A DNA stretch of 63,980 nucleotides, the filler included, from Octopus bimaculoides (Eukaryota): NCBI RefSeq assembly GCF_001194135.2. It is 4 parts of 4 records of this genome, joined end to end, with 100 filler letters (N's around TTAATTAATTAA, not from the genome) between each part and the next. Parts side by side here need not be neighbours in the genome. Positions count along the whole stretch, not along the records: positions 10,636 to 35,988 come from NC_068995.1; positions 36,089 to 50,350 come from NC_068983.1; 2 more parts are not named here. The stretch is one strand, 5' to 3'. A program made the translations under genes and the position numbers. Below, one piece after another: positions 35,895 through 48,609 of this stretch (the first letter of the stretch is position 1; each line of letters begins with the position of its first letter). The notes under the pieces were generated by a model. That model made no database searches and was not told the origin of the DNA. It worked only from the letters and a program-made list of their open reading frames with translations.

Positions 35895-35972
35895 ATAACA
35901 AATGAAAGACAGCAGATGGAATATACGTGAATATATTCTCGTATATTCCATCTTCTGTCTTTCATTTGTTAT
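35895..35972. repeat. 78-bp near-perfect spacerless palindrome
   Basis: 39-bp arms with 2 mismatches, centred on GAATA|TATTC. Confidence 0.93.
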
Positions 35973-35988
35973 ATATATATATATATAT

Positions 35989-36088
35989 NNNNNNNNNNNN
36001 NNNNNNNNNNNNNNNNNNNNNNNNNNNNNNNNTTAATTAATTAANNNNNNNNNNNNNNNNNNNNNNNNNNNNNNNNNNNNNNNNNNNN
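35989..36088. other. Artificial 100-bp scaffold spacer
   Basis: 44N-TTAATTAATTAA-44N. Confidence 0.95.
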
Positions 36089-36150
<62 letters not shown>

Positions 36151-37288
36151 GTTCCTTCAATCCATACCGCTATAACAACTGGGAATATTCATGACGTTTC
36201 TTTCGAAACCAGTATTACATAAATTGCTACAAATAAATACGTTAGGTTGTAAACTGTTTTTTAGGTATTCATTTAGATTTCGTATATACAAGTTTCGAGA
36301 ATACTTAAGTGTATGTAATTAACTGTATATTCTCGTGTTGTAAATAAAACATCTGATGAACGCAATAAAAAAACTGGTAAATAAATTTAATGCTTATTTT
36401 ATATTAAATTGTACGTAGAATTAATTTTATTGTTAACATATTTATGTTCCCGTTTCATATATTGAATTGTATGGTTAAATCCGGGAAGAATTTAGTATTG
36501 ACATCATATCTAACGGCTCAAATTCTTCATTCGTATTCACTAAATTGCTTTTGGTAAGTATATGACGTTGTTTCGGAATAATATGTGATGATATGACCGT
36601 TAGTGAGCGAAGCCACACCAATTTCAATGAAGCCTTTCACCTTTCATACCAATAGAATATTGACTTGACAAGTATCGCAGCATCTGTTCATCTTCAAGAT
36701 CCCTTCTGTGAAAGTGAATCATTCTGTTTCTGAGAGAAAAGAATCTTGAAGCATCATTATTCATAAGTGTATATCATTTTACTTATAACTAGGAAGATAA
36801 GTATAAAATGAATAATAATATTTTAATATATTTCAGAAATATTACCAAAACGGCAACAAAAAACATGCTTTTCATGTATAGTTGCAATATCTAACCATTA
36901 TAATAATATATCCGCTGGACTGAACACACATTAATATTTATGCATTGTGTTCTTGTACCAAAATATGCTTTAAAATGCCTCTCGTTAAAAGTCTATTTTG
37001 TGAAAACGAATATATACTAATATAGGGTGGAAATTAATAATTAACAACTAATAATTTCACCAAGTAGTTCGGTATGTTAAAAGAACTATCATCGGTAAAC
37101 TAATGCAAACATTTTATAATTATAAGCATAATTATAATTAGGGTTCAGCAAAATTGCTTCGCCACATACCGAAATTTAGAAATAGCAGTTAAATACTATT
37201 ACACTACCATAATATATCTCCCAGACAGCAATACTACTAACTCACGCAGGCAAAGAGAAAAAATAACGATTCCACCCGGCTTTGATTA

Positions 37289-37358
37289 ACTATGTACGCG
37301 TTTCTGGATTAAAGAGATGTAAAACACATTACTCACTTACTTCTATCATCAGTATAGT
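37289..37358 (-). ncRNA. Type I hammerhead motif, left palindrome arm
   Basis: ACUAUA-CUGAUGA-[41-nt helix II region]-GAA-AC(GC)GU-A^CAUAGU. Core intact; mismatch at the first pair of helix I and at the second pair of helix II. Confidence 0.6.
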
Positions 37359-37429
37359 ACTATACTGCTGATGGAAAGTAAGTGAGAAATGTGTTTTATA
37401 TATCTTTAATCTAGAAACGCTTATATAGT
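37359..37429 (+). ncRNA. Type I hammerhead motif, right palindrome arm (core-mutated)
   Basis: ACUAUA-CUGCUGA-UGGA..UCUA-GAA-AC(GC)UU-A^UAUAGU. Helix I is a perfect 6 bp, but A6>C and G16.2>U. Confidence 0.5.
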
Positions 37430-37498
37430 TAATCAAAGCCGGGCGGATTCGTTATTGTTTCTCTTTGCCTGCGTGAGTTAGGAGTATTACTGTCTGGG

Positions 37499-37576
<78 letters not shown>

Positions 37577-38319
37577 ATGTGTGTGTGTACGTATGTATGC
37601 ATCTGTGTGTGTGCGTATGTGTGCATCTGTGTGTGTTTCTGTGTATATATGTGTGTACTTGTTTGTGTGTTAGTGTGTGTGTGTGTGTGTGTGTGAAGAC
37701 ATTTGGCTGCGTGTTTAAGATATCCGGATAGCGATCGTAAGGTCTTGAGTGAGATACGCTATTAGACGTCGTGTTTTTGAGCAACACACGTTCACGTTGC
37801 TTCAGTTCATTCACTTGGCCAAAACGAGTAATGGCACGACTGTCAAAAGCATAATACATGAACGTTCGCCAGTCGGTTTGAGCGTAATAGATAGCGTTCG
37901 GATCGCATTCATATTTTGATACCAAACCCCTTTTATATGAATGGCCAGAAGAGATATAATTCACGACACGACTCCATACACCATACGCTCTGAAAATCTA
38001 ATATGAAACCGGTAAAAGGTATTCCAGTATTTAAAAATATAATTAAATTCTAATGCATCCTAATACATTCGGAATATTTTCAACTTAATTTCGTCTTTTC
38101 CTCGACGTGTTTTGGGTTACGAAAGGTCTTTGTATATTTTTTTTGTTTTTCCGTCTTTGTCTTTGAAATTAATAAGACTAAGAAAAAATTTGTTGAATGT
38201 ATATTGGTTCTGTATCAACTTGAATTTGAATTGAATTAAAGTTGGTTTACACTTACACATTTTTCCCTTTCTTTATACTTCATTTATGTGTATATATATG
38301 TATATACATACATACGAAA

Positions 38320-38387
<68 letters not shown>

Positions 38388-39746
38388 TGTCGGAGGCGTG
38401 GTATAAAGGTTCCGTCCCAACCACATTGTTCTGAGTGGCACTTTCAGCAGGTGTGTTCTACTATAGCTAAAACCTTTCAAAGTGCTGTTCCGCTATGTTA
38501 GGGAATTATAAAATCCGAACTTACAAGGATAAAGCTTTTCTTCCCTCTTCTCCTTCAACGCCATATTTTCACGGTAATTTTCACATGGTAATTTTAGTAT
38601 TTGTGGTTACGAATAAACGCCATTTTGCCACGTGATACACATCATATAAATTTCTTTGGTAATACTACATTCAACAAAGAATGTTCGTTAAGTTAAGTGA
38701 TGTTGTTCTTTTTCCTATTACTCTTGAATGTCTTAATCCATTTAATAGTTAATTACACTATTTTATATATGTTTTCTTTTTCCTAATCTTCAGAAATTAT
38801 TTCTCCAATAGATGTTTTATGCTTTTAACTTGACAGATGTTTCTTATTATTATGGTTATTATTTTAAAACCTTGACACTTATTTATTTATAGTACTAAAT
38901 TTTGCTTAAACGTACAGATTTTTCTACTTTTCTTATTTTATCGCATTTTTGAATATTAGGATGTATTTTGAAGTTACATGACCAGAAGAGTGTCCTTATT
39001 ATGAGTGGTATTTATCTTGATCGATTCAATGTAGATTCACCAGATATTTTCCAATTTTATGTGGTCATGAAACGCGCGTAGTCTTTCATTCAATTTCGTC
39101 TTTTATAAATTCACTAAATTGATTAAAATTTTTAGTCTAATATTTTATAGATTTTATGGATTACAAATTTTCTCTGAGGTCTTTTAGATTTTTAAAGTAG
39201 TATTTTGTATATATTAATAGTTTAGTACGCTTTTCTTGATGGTGTCTGAACTCCTTCATCATTTGGGTTGCACCATGGTGGATCCTCTCTAAATTATTAA
39301 TATATATATATATATATATATATGCTGATTCGTATATGCATATATGCTATAAATGTACGTAAGAAAAAGCTTTCAATAACTTCGATGTATGTATGTGTCT
39401 CGTGGATATTATTTTTTCGATTATTATTCATGCGACAATAGACGCTGATGTTTTTGTTGCTAATAGTCGCTTGCTGTCTTAGAAGTGTAATATTGAAGAT
39501 ATCGAGACTTAGTGAGCATATTAATATCTGGAATCGAAATAGTAATATTAGATACAATAAACGCACTTTCTTTTATCAGCATGTAACTTACACATTATAA
39601 AATTAGAATAAAAATATATTACAGACTGTTTCTGGATTATTAGAGGAAATATCATAAGGCACATGAGATTTTGTACTGGAGAAATATACAGAAGACAACA
39701 ATAAGAATGTCTAAATTCCATTTTAGCTAAAAAAAAAAAAAACATA

Positions 39747-40616
39747 CGAGCTGATCTCAAAACGTTCCCGGACTAAAAAATAAACAACCTATTTACTTAA
39801 GTTTTAATATTGTCAAATCCGAGATATTCACCTTATGCAGCAATATACAGTTGCAGCGTTCCTGTACCTTTTGAAATCCGTTGTGAAAGTATTTTTTCTC
39901 GAAGCGAAGCGGGGACCTTCTGCGGTTCACTGTGGATTTCTACAGTGGTGTTAAAACGCTGCTTTTTCGGTGCACTTTCATCTCTGGGAAGAGATGGAAG
40001 TTTGCAGATACTAAATCTCTTGAATACGGTGGGTTGTGGAAGGGGTACCTTGTTGGTTTTGGCAAGAAATGTACGAGTGAGGAGGGCTCGGTAACGGGGT
40101 GCACTGCTGTCGTGAAGAACCCAATTCTTCGGCCTCCACAGATCCGGTTACTTTCAACAAATGTCCTCCCTTCCAAATGTCATTGATTGTCCTCCGACGA
40201 TCCCCATGCACAAGCTGATAAATGTTCTCCTCATTTTCAGGGGTGACCCTCGTGGTAGGCCTTCCAGATCGTTCATCGTCTTCCAGAGAGTTTCTTCCAC
40301 TTTTGAAGCGCCCTTGCCATTCGAAACATTGCGTACGATCCATTGCTCTGTTGTCTCTATAGCAGGCTTTCGAAGTTTAATACAACATTCTACGTTGGCT
40401 CTTTGTTCCAACTTCCTGTCCATGGCAAAAATCGAAGACTACAGCATACACGTGATCACAAAACACAAATTACACAACTTACGAAGTAAGCGTAACAATG
40501 TCAGTCATCACAGAGTCTCATGAAGCTCATCGCTACCTCTCACTGCACATGCAACCATGCGCTGCCATTTATTGGCGCGTTACAAGGCTAGTCCGAGACC
40601 TTTTTTGATACCTCCG
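39747..40616 (-). mobile_element. Internally deleted mariner with both TIRs and TA target duplications
   Basis: TA at 39745-46 and 40617-18; TIRs related to the one at 17798. Translation MDRKLEQRANVECCIKLRK..MDRTQCFEWQGRFKSGRNSLEDDERSGRP..DRRRTINDI / deletion / DLWRPKNWVLHDSSAP..PPYSRDLVSANFHLFPEMK. Confidence 0.92.
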
Positions 40617-42016
40617 TAAATTGCGTAATTATACTAAACAGAAATTAAGTAACAACATCAAACTTATAAATGTGAATTAATATAGAGCACCTACAAATGA
40701 GAGAAATTACTTAGATGTAATTTTTAATAACTAAGATATCACTAAGCTCTATCAAGAAATTAATCGACATTAATAATTCATTTATTCCAGAAGCAACATC
40801 TTGTTATATTATTTTCATCTACTTGCTAAATGAAGTAGTAAGACGAAGCAGTAAAAGAAAGATAATGACTAGTTTTAGAGTATAAGTGCAAAATGTGGCA
40901 TAAAAATATATTTACAACACATACAGCATTGTATGAGATTAAGGCAACCAGAAAATGATATTATAAAATCCACAGTAGGACTACGATAATATCAAATAAC
41001 GGACAACTATAAACTAATAGAAAATCTATGAATGCAGGGAAGTGTGAGATTAAGCCAACCAGAAAATTATTATAAAACATCCACAGTGTGAGAACGAAGA
41101 TATTAATAATGAGCAAATGGAAAAAATAATGAGCTAAAGGAAAACCTGCGATACACTGTCTTCTCTCTAGAAAGAAAACAACAAATACTCCAAACGTAAA
41201 ACTGATATGACCGGTTGTTTTGAGGAAAAGAATGAAACGAAACAAAGCACGCAATTCTAAAAATCGAAACGAAACAAAACTACCGTTACATATTTCCATT
41301 CTAAAACGTTATTAAGTAATATGCCTGTAGGGTTGTTAGAACCTAAAATTACTAAATATTTTCAAAGAAGGCCAAGAATATTTGATGAAATGAGTGCAAA
41401 ATCAGGTATCTAAATTGAAACAGTAAGATAATTTTTGCTGAAAAATAAATCAAATCTTAACACATGAAACAAACAAAATCGTGTAATGTATCAGAATACG
41501 ATACATAATTGTAGAATTATTGCTTTTGGAAAAAAGGGAAAGTAAATATTCACTTACATTGTTTCATTCCTTCTTTCTACATCTGATAGACTAAAAATAT
41601 TATACAATAGCAATTACACCAGCATTATTTTAACAAAAATAAAATGTAATAAGCATTCGCCGTAAAATGTTCCTGGTCTGAGATAAATAAGCGCACACTG
41701 ACATGAAGATGTAGGTTCACAAACTAGCAATCGTTACCAAATGTCACGAGGTAAGGAGAATGCTTCGAACAAAATCTTTAGTCACAGAAGAAAATAAAAT
41801 ATATGTTAAAAAATATAGTAGACGATGCACATATATGCTTTTCGAAATAGTCATAAATAAAATGACCAATATTCCACCAAAAGAAATTGTCAACGACATT
41901 CAAGATCTGGAGCCACACTTAGTGCATGCGCCAAGGTCTTCTAGGAAATAAAAATTCACACTCAAAGTGCGCAGTATACTCTTGCAATGCAAAAACACGA
42001 TTGAAGAATAAATGTT

Positions 42017-42198
42017 GGGGGAGGGGGCAAGTGGATTAGACTGACCCCAGTACGCAAATGGTACTTAATTTATCGACCCCAAAAGGATGAAAGGCAAAGT
42101 CGACCTCGGCGGAATTTGAACTCATAAAGTAAAGACAGACGAAATGCCGCTAAGCAATTTGCCCGGCGTGCTAACTCTTCTGCCAGCTCGGCGTCTTA
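42017..42198 (-). mobile_element. SINE family A
   Basis: Reverse copy with central block, B-box and head. Confidence 0.9.
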
Positions 42199-43494
42199 TG
42201 ATCGAAGAATAATAAAATAGCAATAGCAATGATGTTTCTATTATGCAATGTGAGAGCTTATGTATGTATGTATGTACGTATGTATGTTTATTCGTATGTC
42301 GCAGAAAGGCTCCGAAATTGTGCGTACTTGAGAAAATTCGATTTGATTTTCAAATAACTCAACATTCAGATCGCTAAAATTGATTGTTTTTAGAAGCGGC
42401 AATCTTAAACTCATGATGACCTTATGTGTGGACGTTTGTGTGTGTACGCATGTGTGTACGTGTGTGTTTGTGTGTGTGCTGCGCGTGTGGTATCTTATAT
42501 TATCTACTATCTGTCTATCTATATCCCTCTGTAATTTCTACTCTTCCTCTCTCTATATGTATTTACCACACTTTCATTCTCTCTCCTTATATGTTGTCTT
42601 CCTTTTTTTCTTTTGATATAGCATGTAATGCTTTTCAGTCATAAGAATGAGTCTTTTTTTATCACTATCTGTCTATCTGTGTCGCTCAGGCTTTTACACA
42701 TCGCTTCTTATGAACATTACCTTCTGTCTATATATTTAGCACACTCTATCTCACAGTTTCTCCGAGTATATATATATATATATATATATATATATNNNNN
42801 NNNNNNNNNNNNNNNNNNNNNNNNNNNNNNNNNNNNNNNNNNNNNNNNNNNNNNNNNNNNNNNNNNNNNNNNNNNNNNNNNNNNNNNNNNNNNNNNNNNN
42901 NTATATATATCATGCTGTGTGCGCGTATGTTTGTACATATGTGCGTGTGTGTGTGTCAGTGTGTGTATGCGTGCATATAATCAATTCCATTCGGGCGAAA
43001 GAATCGAAAGACACTCACAAAGCGTCAACAGCGAGTTCAAGAGACACCCGAAGTAAAAAGAGTTGCCATTTCCATCAACACATTGCAAGGGTAAACATTT
43101 TCACTTGCCAGTTTACAACTTGAAGAGCTCTACTTCATCTATGGTCAGCCTTACATTGGGTGTTCAAGGCTAGAAATTAAAAAACGTTTACATTTATGCA
43201 CCAAATGAAAAAAAAAAATACTTTGTTCATCAACATTGTAAATTGCCAGAAATAATTCAGAAATCAAGAGGCCAATTCATCGGGGAATATACGATCTGGC
43301 ATGGTGTAAATAATTAAAATGCGTAAAGGCATTCTGTTCTGAAAATTGCCTGGCAACGAAGGGTTACTAAGCGAATATAAAGTAAATTGTTAATGCTTCT
43401 TCATACAAATGTATGTTGGAATAGTTAGTTTATGTAGAGATATAAATCCTCTGTTACTCGAGTTGCAGTTTTATTTTAATTATATGACTGATGT

Positions 43495-44160
43495 TTTCAT
43501 CAACAAGCCCTCTTCAAAATTTGTGTGAAGTTCGAGAAATGATTTTCGACATCGGAGGAAGCTCCTCTCGAACTTCTGGTAAACAATCTTCAAATCGAAT
43601 AGTTGTTTTGAATAGTATGCATGTTATGGCCGGTATGCGTGCCAGTTCAAGTTAAAAAACAAATGGGCTGAATGTCCACAAACAAAATGGAAAATGTGAA
43701 AAGAGTTCGAAAGCTTATTGATAAGAATCTTCACCAAAGAATTCAACAGATTTCCCATGATTGGAATTACGAGATGCTCTTCATGGAAATGCTGATCATG
43801 CCTCGCATTGCTGCGAAATTTGTCCAGCAGCATTTGGCAATCGATCAGATGCAGAGCAATAGCGCAGTTAGATGTACACTTAAGTTCTTGAACGATGACA
43901 ACAACAACAACCTATTATGGATGTCGTGCAATATACGAGCGTAGAGGGTTTTGTTTAAGGACACGATCTGAGGAAAAACGGTTTGTAATTTTGGTCAATG
44001 ATGTCAAGGGTACCGTTCGTAGGGAGATTGTTTTTCCTAGCGATGAAGTCACATTTGACTTTTGCACGAATATTTTGTTGCATTTGGGTGCTGTGCAAGT
44101 AAATGAAGACGAATATATGACAAAATTGAGATGTTCGGTTTGGAAATTATTTGGCTGCTA
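43495..44160 (+). mobile_element. Heavily decayed mariner transposase
   Basis: QQALFKICVKFEK, STNKMENVKRVRKLID, MPRIAAKFVQQHLAIDQ and VILVNDVKGTVRREIVFPSDEVTFDFCTNILLHL echo the mariner EQR..IKFCVK, RR+AAKFVP and +FFD.KG+VH.EF+P.G.TV blocks. Confidence 0.62.
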
Positions 44161-45120
44161 AGTCTATCAAACTCATCGATCAATCAGAAGCTTCCACTTT
44201 GTAAAGAGATTATTCTGTATTTAAACCAGCAATGTGGTTGTGGTTCTACATAATGTGTGATCACCTTGCATATCACTTAGTGATGTCCCTGCTAGTCCCA
44301 ATATGACACTGAAGCTCAAATACCGTCGCTTTGCGTCGTTAGATACAATTCCTATCAAAACAAGCGTTATTTCGTGGTTTCAGAAAGAGATTCCTGCTGT
44401 TATGAAAATACAATGTCCATATCAAAAGCAACATGCAGAAAAAATAACGAATTTCGTTTAAGTTTGGGTATCAAATACTGTTTCTGAGTTTTTATTAAAT
44501 TTTTATGCTTCGCAAATGTATTCCTTTGATTCATATGAGGACTTTAAAGAATCGATAGCTTTACCTTGCCGGAATGCAAAAAAAGCAGACAGATAAAAAT
44601 GTAAAATGGGAATGAATGATGCATCTTTAATAATACCATTATCAGTAAACAATAGGACATTTAATAAAAAGAAATGTTTGAACGAAGAGAAATTTCAATT
44701 TTCTATAGATTTTAAGTATTTCTTTATTCGTTTCATTTTTTTTTTCTGTTTGCAGTTATTTTGTAAATTCTTTCTGCCTTTTTCCAATCTTCAAAAACAG
44801 AAGTTAAAGAAGAACAAATATAATAAGGAAATGAATAAAAGGGCAGGAATGGGATCGCTTGGGGTGAAAGAAATATACTGACAGCAATGAATTTTATATA
44901 TTTTTCCTCGGATGAAACGAAATAGTACTGGTATACTAAAGTTAATTACAGATGAAAATGTAAAAAAGAAATGTTTTAAGTTTGCTACGATTAAGACGTA
45001 TATGCAAAAGTTTTTCAGGTATGTTTTTTGCAAATTATAAATATATACACCCATATATACACACACATAATACATACATATAAATATGTGGGAGTGTAGG
45101 TATGTGTATATATATATATA

Positions 45121-45618
45121 TATGATGTAATAAACATCTACACCGCGATTCCTTGTCAATACGGAGTAGAAGCTATATGATTCTGGCTGGAAAAAAATTC
45201 CAAATGACATTCTAGCCTGAATGAGAAAATGATTTATCATAGAAGGGTTAAAATTCATCCTAGAAAGTGACTTTTTTAGCTTCAACTAAAATGACTACTT
45301 ACAAAAGTCTAGGAATGCGGTGGGATCAAAGGTAATCTCTACCTTTACTAATCTTGTCATGGCATAATTAGGAGTGCAAATACACGCCAACTGAAATTTA
45401 GTGACAGTTTCCAAAAATAATTGCACAACTGACCGATTCTTAACTTTCATGGTCACATGATCTTTATCAACTCTTGGAGTTTAAAAAAATTAACAACATT
45501 AACCGTAGTATCCAATTGAAAATAAAATACAACCACAAACAACTGTTCTTTCTGGACATTTTAATCACAAAAAGAGGTACTAACAATGGAACCGACATCT
45601 ACTTTAAACTGAGAACAA
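45121..45618 (+). mobile_element. Penelope-like element reverse transcriptase fragment
   Basis: YDVINIYTAIPCQYGVEAI*FWLEK/..FIIEGLKFILESDFFSFN*NDYLQKSRNAVGSKVISTFTNLVMA..RFL/..INNINRSIQLKIKYNHKQLFFLDILITKR..TDIYFK matches the PLE RT motifs (DVxSLYTNIP, GxAMG, LPFLD, TDIYxK). The DD residues are lost. Confidence 0.85.
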
Positions 45619-47267
45619 TATCTTTTGTTTTCAACTATTGTTTTTGTGCAAAATATTTTCAAAAACAAAAAAATCAAAATTAAAATTAAAAACCTCTCCA
45701 GGTGTTGCAAAAGCTCCCAATTCTGAAGGGTTAAAATGAAAATAGTGTGTTTCGATGAAAAATTGAAAAGCAGTTCCTGTGTTTCTTATATCTAATACAC
45801 TTAAAACTTTTAAACGTGTACATACATGCATACATACATACATACATACATGCATACATACATACAGACCGCCCATATGTATACATCGTCACTTGCGTTC
45901 AGGTTCTATATATCAGTGTTACTATTTTTGTTTTTAAGATGGATCTGCTATAAGAAACGTTCTTTTAGGTTGTTCCATTTGCCCTGGTTCTAAATCTAAT
46001 CCTCGAGTCGATGTTTCCAGCCTCGTGTAGTAAATTCGGATACTGAACGAATTCCATCTCAATATATATATATACCCATATAACAATATATGACTTGCAA
46101 CTACAAGATGTCTCTACTTATACATATATAATTGTTAGTATTTGTTTTTACACAACAGGAGAATAACTAGCGTGTAATTGATCGTATAATTTTAGCTATT
46201 TTATATTTAGTTTCTTCGTTCGTTTCTCTAATATTGTAAAAAACTAGAAAGCTGATAACAATTAACTATAGTAAAATTCGCCACTTGCAATAATATGTAA
46301 CTTATAATATGTAAATTATAATTTGGCTCAAATATAATAATATAGAAATATTTCTCGTGCGTTAAATGAGCTACCTTATGTTTCACTTAAGATGTAATAA
46401 AATTTAGACAGTATTAATAACAAAAGGGGATTGGCGCCTACAAATTTTTAATAACTTTAATAATTAATATAAACCACATTAGAAATAATATCTGGATATT
46501 TAGCTTAATTTCTGAGAATATATAAGATATAGTGTGAAAAGTTCGATACTGAATAATGCATAATTGTTTTATTCTTGTTTAGGTTCTGCAATATTGAATA
46601 CAGATGTCTTCGAACTTTGGATATCGCCTCAGATCTCGTCAAAAACTACTAGTTGTAATGATAACTGTTGTAATATATATTTTTTTTAAATTGCACATAT
46701 GTTAAGAAAATCTATTAATATGTGCTTCTGTTGTTATATTACCTAAGAGCTATATACTTCTTTACGTGTAGAAACAGCAAATAGATTGCTAGCAGGTAAC
46801 TGGATCCAAATAGAGTCAACTATACATGTGATATTCAATATAAACATATTGGTGGATAAACATTTCAGCATTGAAGTATTTATTCTCTTTCGAATCATGT
46901 AATATATATATATATANNNNNNNNNNNNNNNNNNNNNNNNNNNNNNNNNNNNNNNNNNNNNNNNNNNNNNNNNNNNNNNNNNNNNNNNNNNNNNNNNNNN
47001 NNNNNNNNNNNNNNNNNNNNNNNNNNNNNNNNNNNNNNNNNNNNNNNNNNNNNNNNNNNNNNNNNNNNNNNNNNNNNNNNNNNNNNNNNNNNNNNNNNNN
47101 NNNNNNNNNNNNNNNNNNNNNNNNNNNNNNNNNNNNNNNNNNNNNNNNNNNNNNNNNNNNNNNNNNNNNNNNNNNNNNNNNNNNNNNNNNNNNNNNNNNN
47201 NNNNNNNNNNNNNNNNNNNNNNNNNNNNNNNNNNNNNNNNNNNNNNNNNNNNNNNNNNNNNNNNNNN

Positions 47268-47330
<63 letters not shown>

Positions 47331-48609
47331 AGGTGTGTATGTAACAGAAAGAGCATTTGGAACATAGGAACAAACAGAATGAAACAATGAAAAACAAAAT
47401 TGTTGCGTTATAGCAGCGCAAACCCGGAAAACCGAAAAGCAAAAATAATTGCATAATGTCTATGAGATGAGAGAATAATAACCATTAGTAAAAATATGGC
47501 ATAGAAGAAATAACGGGAAATAAAGAGAGAAATATTCGGTGAGGGAATAATAAAAAATCAAAAACAGTATTAAAAAAAACGTCATTATTTTTGCGCTCGC
47601 GTATGTAAATGAATGTGTGTGTACTGTCGAAACATAAATGAAGATAAATAGGAAATTGAGAGAAGCTGCCTTGCAGGGGTTTACGTAATCGCACCAGCAC
47701 AAGGGAATCAATACAAGTATATATAAAAATGCATGTATCAAGTGAGCCTATTATAATACATTATGACACACACATGCGCATAGAGATATCTTTTCACAAG
47801 TATGAAGAAGAAGACGTACTTCTTTATAAAAAAAAAAGTCAACATATGTGCATCCAGAACACTTATTTCTTAGAACTCTAGGCCTATTATATAAATATAT
47901 ATCATGTACAACCAATCCAGTACCCATATATATGTGTTTATATATATGCGTGTATAGATGTATCTTTACGTAGATGTACATATTTAATGAATGTGAATAC
48001 ATATACGCATACAGAATGAATCAGATGATTTTTTTTTGGAAATTATTTTTCTGATTATAAGGTTTTATAGGATAATTTGCTACAAAGTGATGAATCCTAT
48101 TTCAAACATCCAGCTTGACTCATTAATGCAGATACTACTCTGTGCAATTTAACAGAAAATAGAAAATTATCCTCCTGTGTTGTCACAAAATCGTAATGAA
48201 ATATATATTGTTAAATTCAGTGAAAATCCATAAACCATATCCCGAATATTTACTGTGGTAGAACGGAGAATAAATGGCCAACATACCAGATGCAATATCG
48301 TGAAAAATGAAGCTTATCTATATTCAACGTGCGAAAAACAGCATTTAGCTTTTACACAGATTAGATTAGTTTTGTATTTATGGTTGTATATGATATATTT
48401 TGTTGAAGTTTTGTTACAGGTACACATTTTATATGAGACTCATAACACTGAGTAACACAATTTTATTTCTTTTTGCCTTTGCTCAGTTAGTGACGTTTCT
48501 TATTTGCTTTAAATTTTGGTTTTGTGAGGTGGGCATCAATGTTTTGAAACTGAACTATTTTCCATTAGATTTCAGACAGATTCCGCGCTGAGATGCTGAA
48601 GCAGAAATA

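Larger units (their letters stand above)
37213..37505. repeat. ~290-bp imperfect spacerless palindrome
   Basis: Arms of about 145 bp centred on CAGTATAGT|ACTATACTG (37358/37359). Ends are CCCAGACAG and CTGTCTGGG. Confidence 0.95.
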
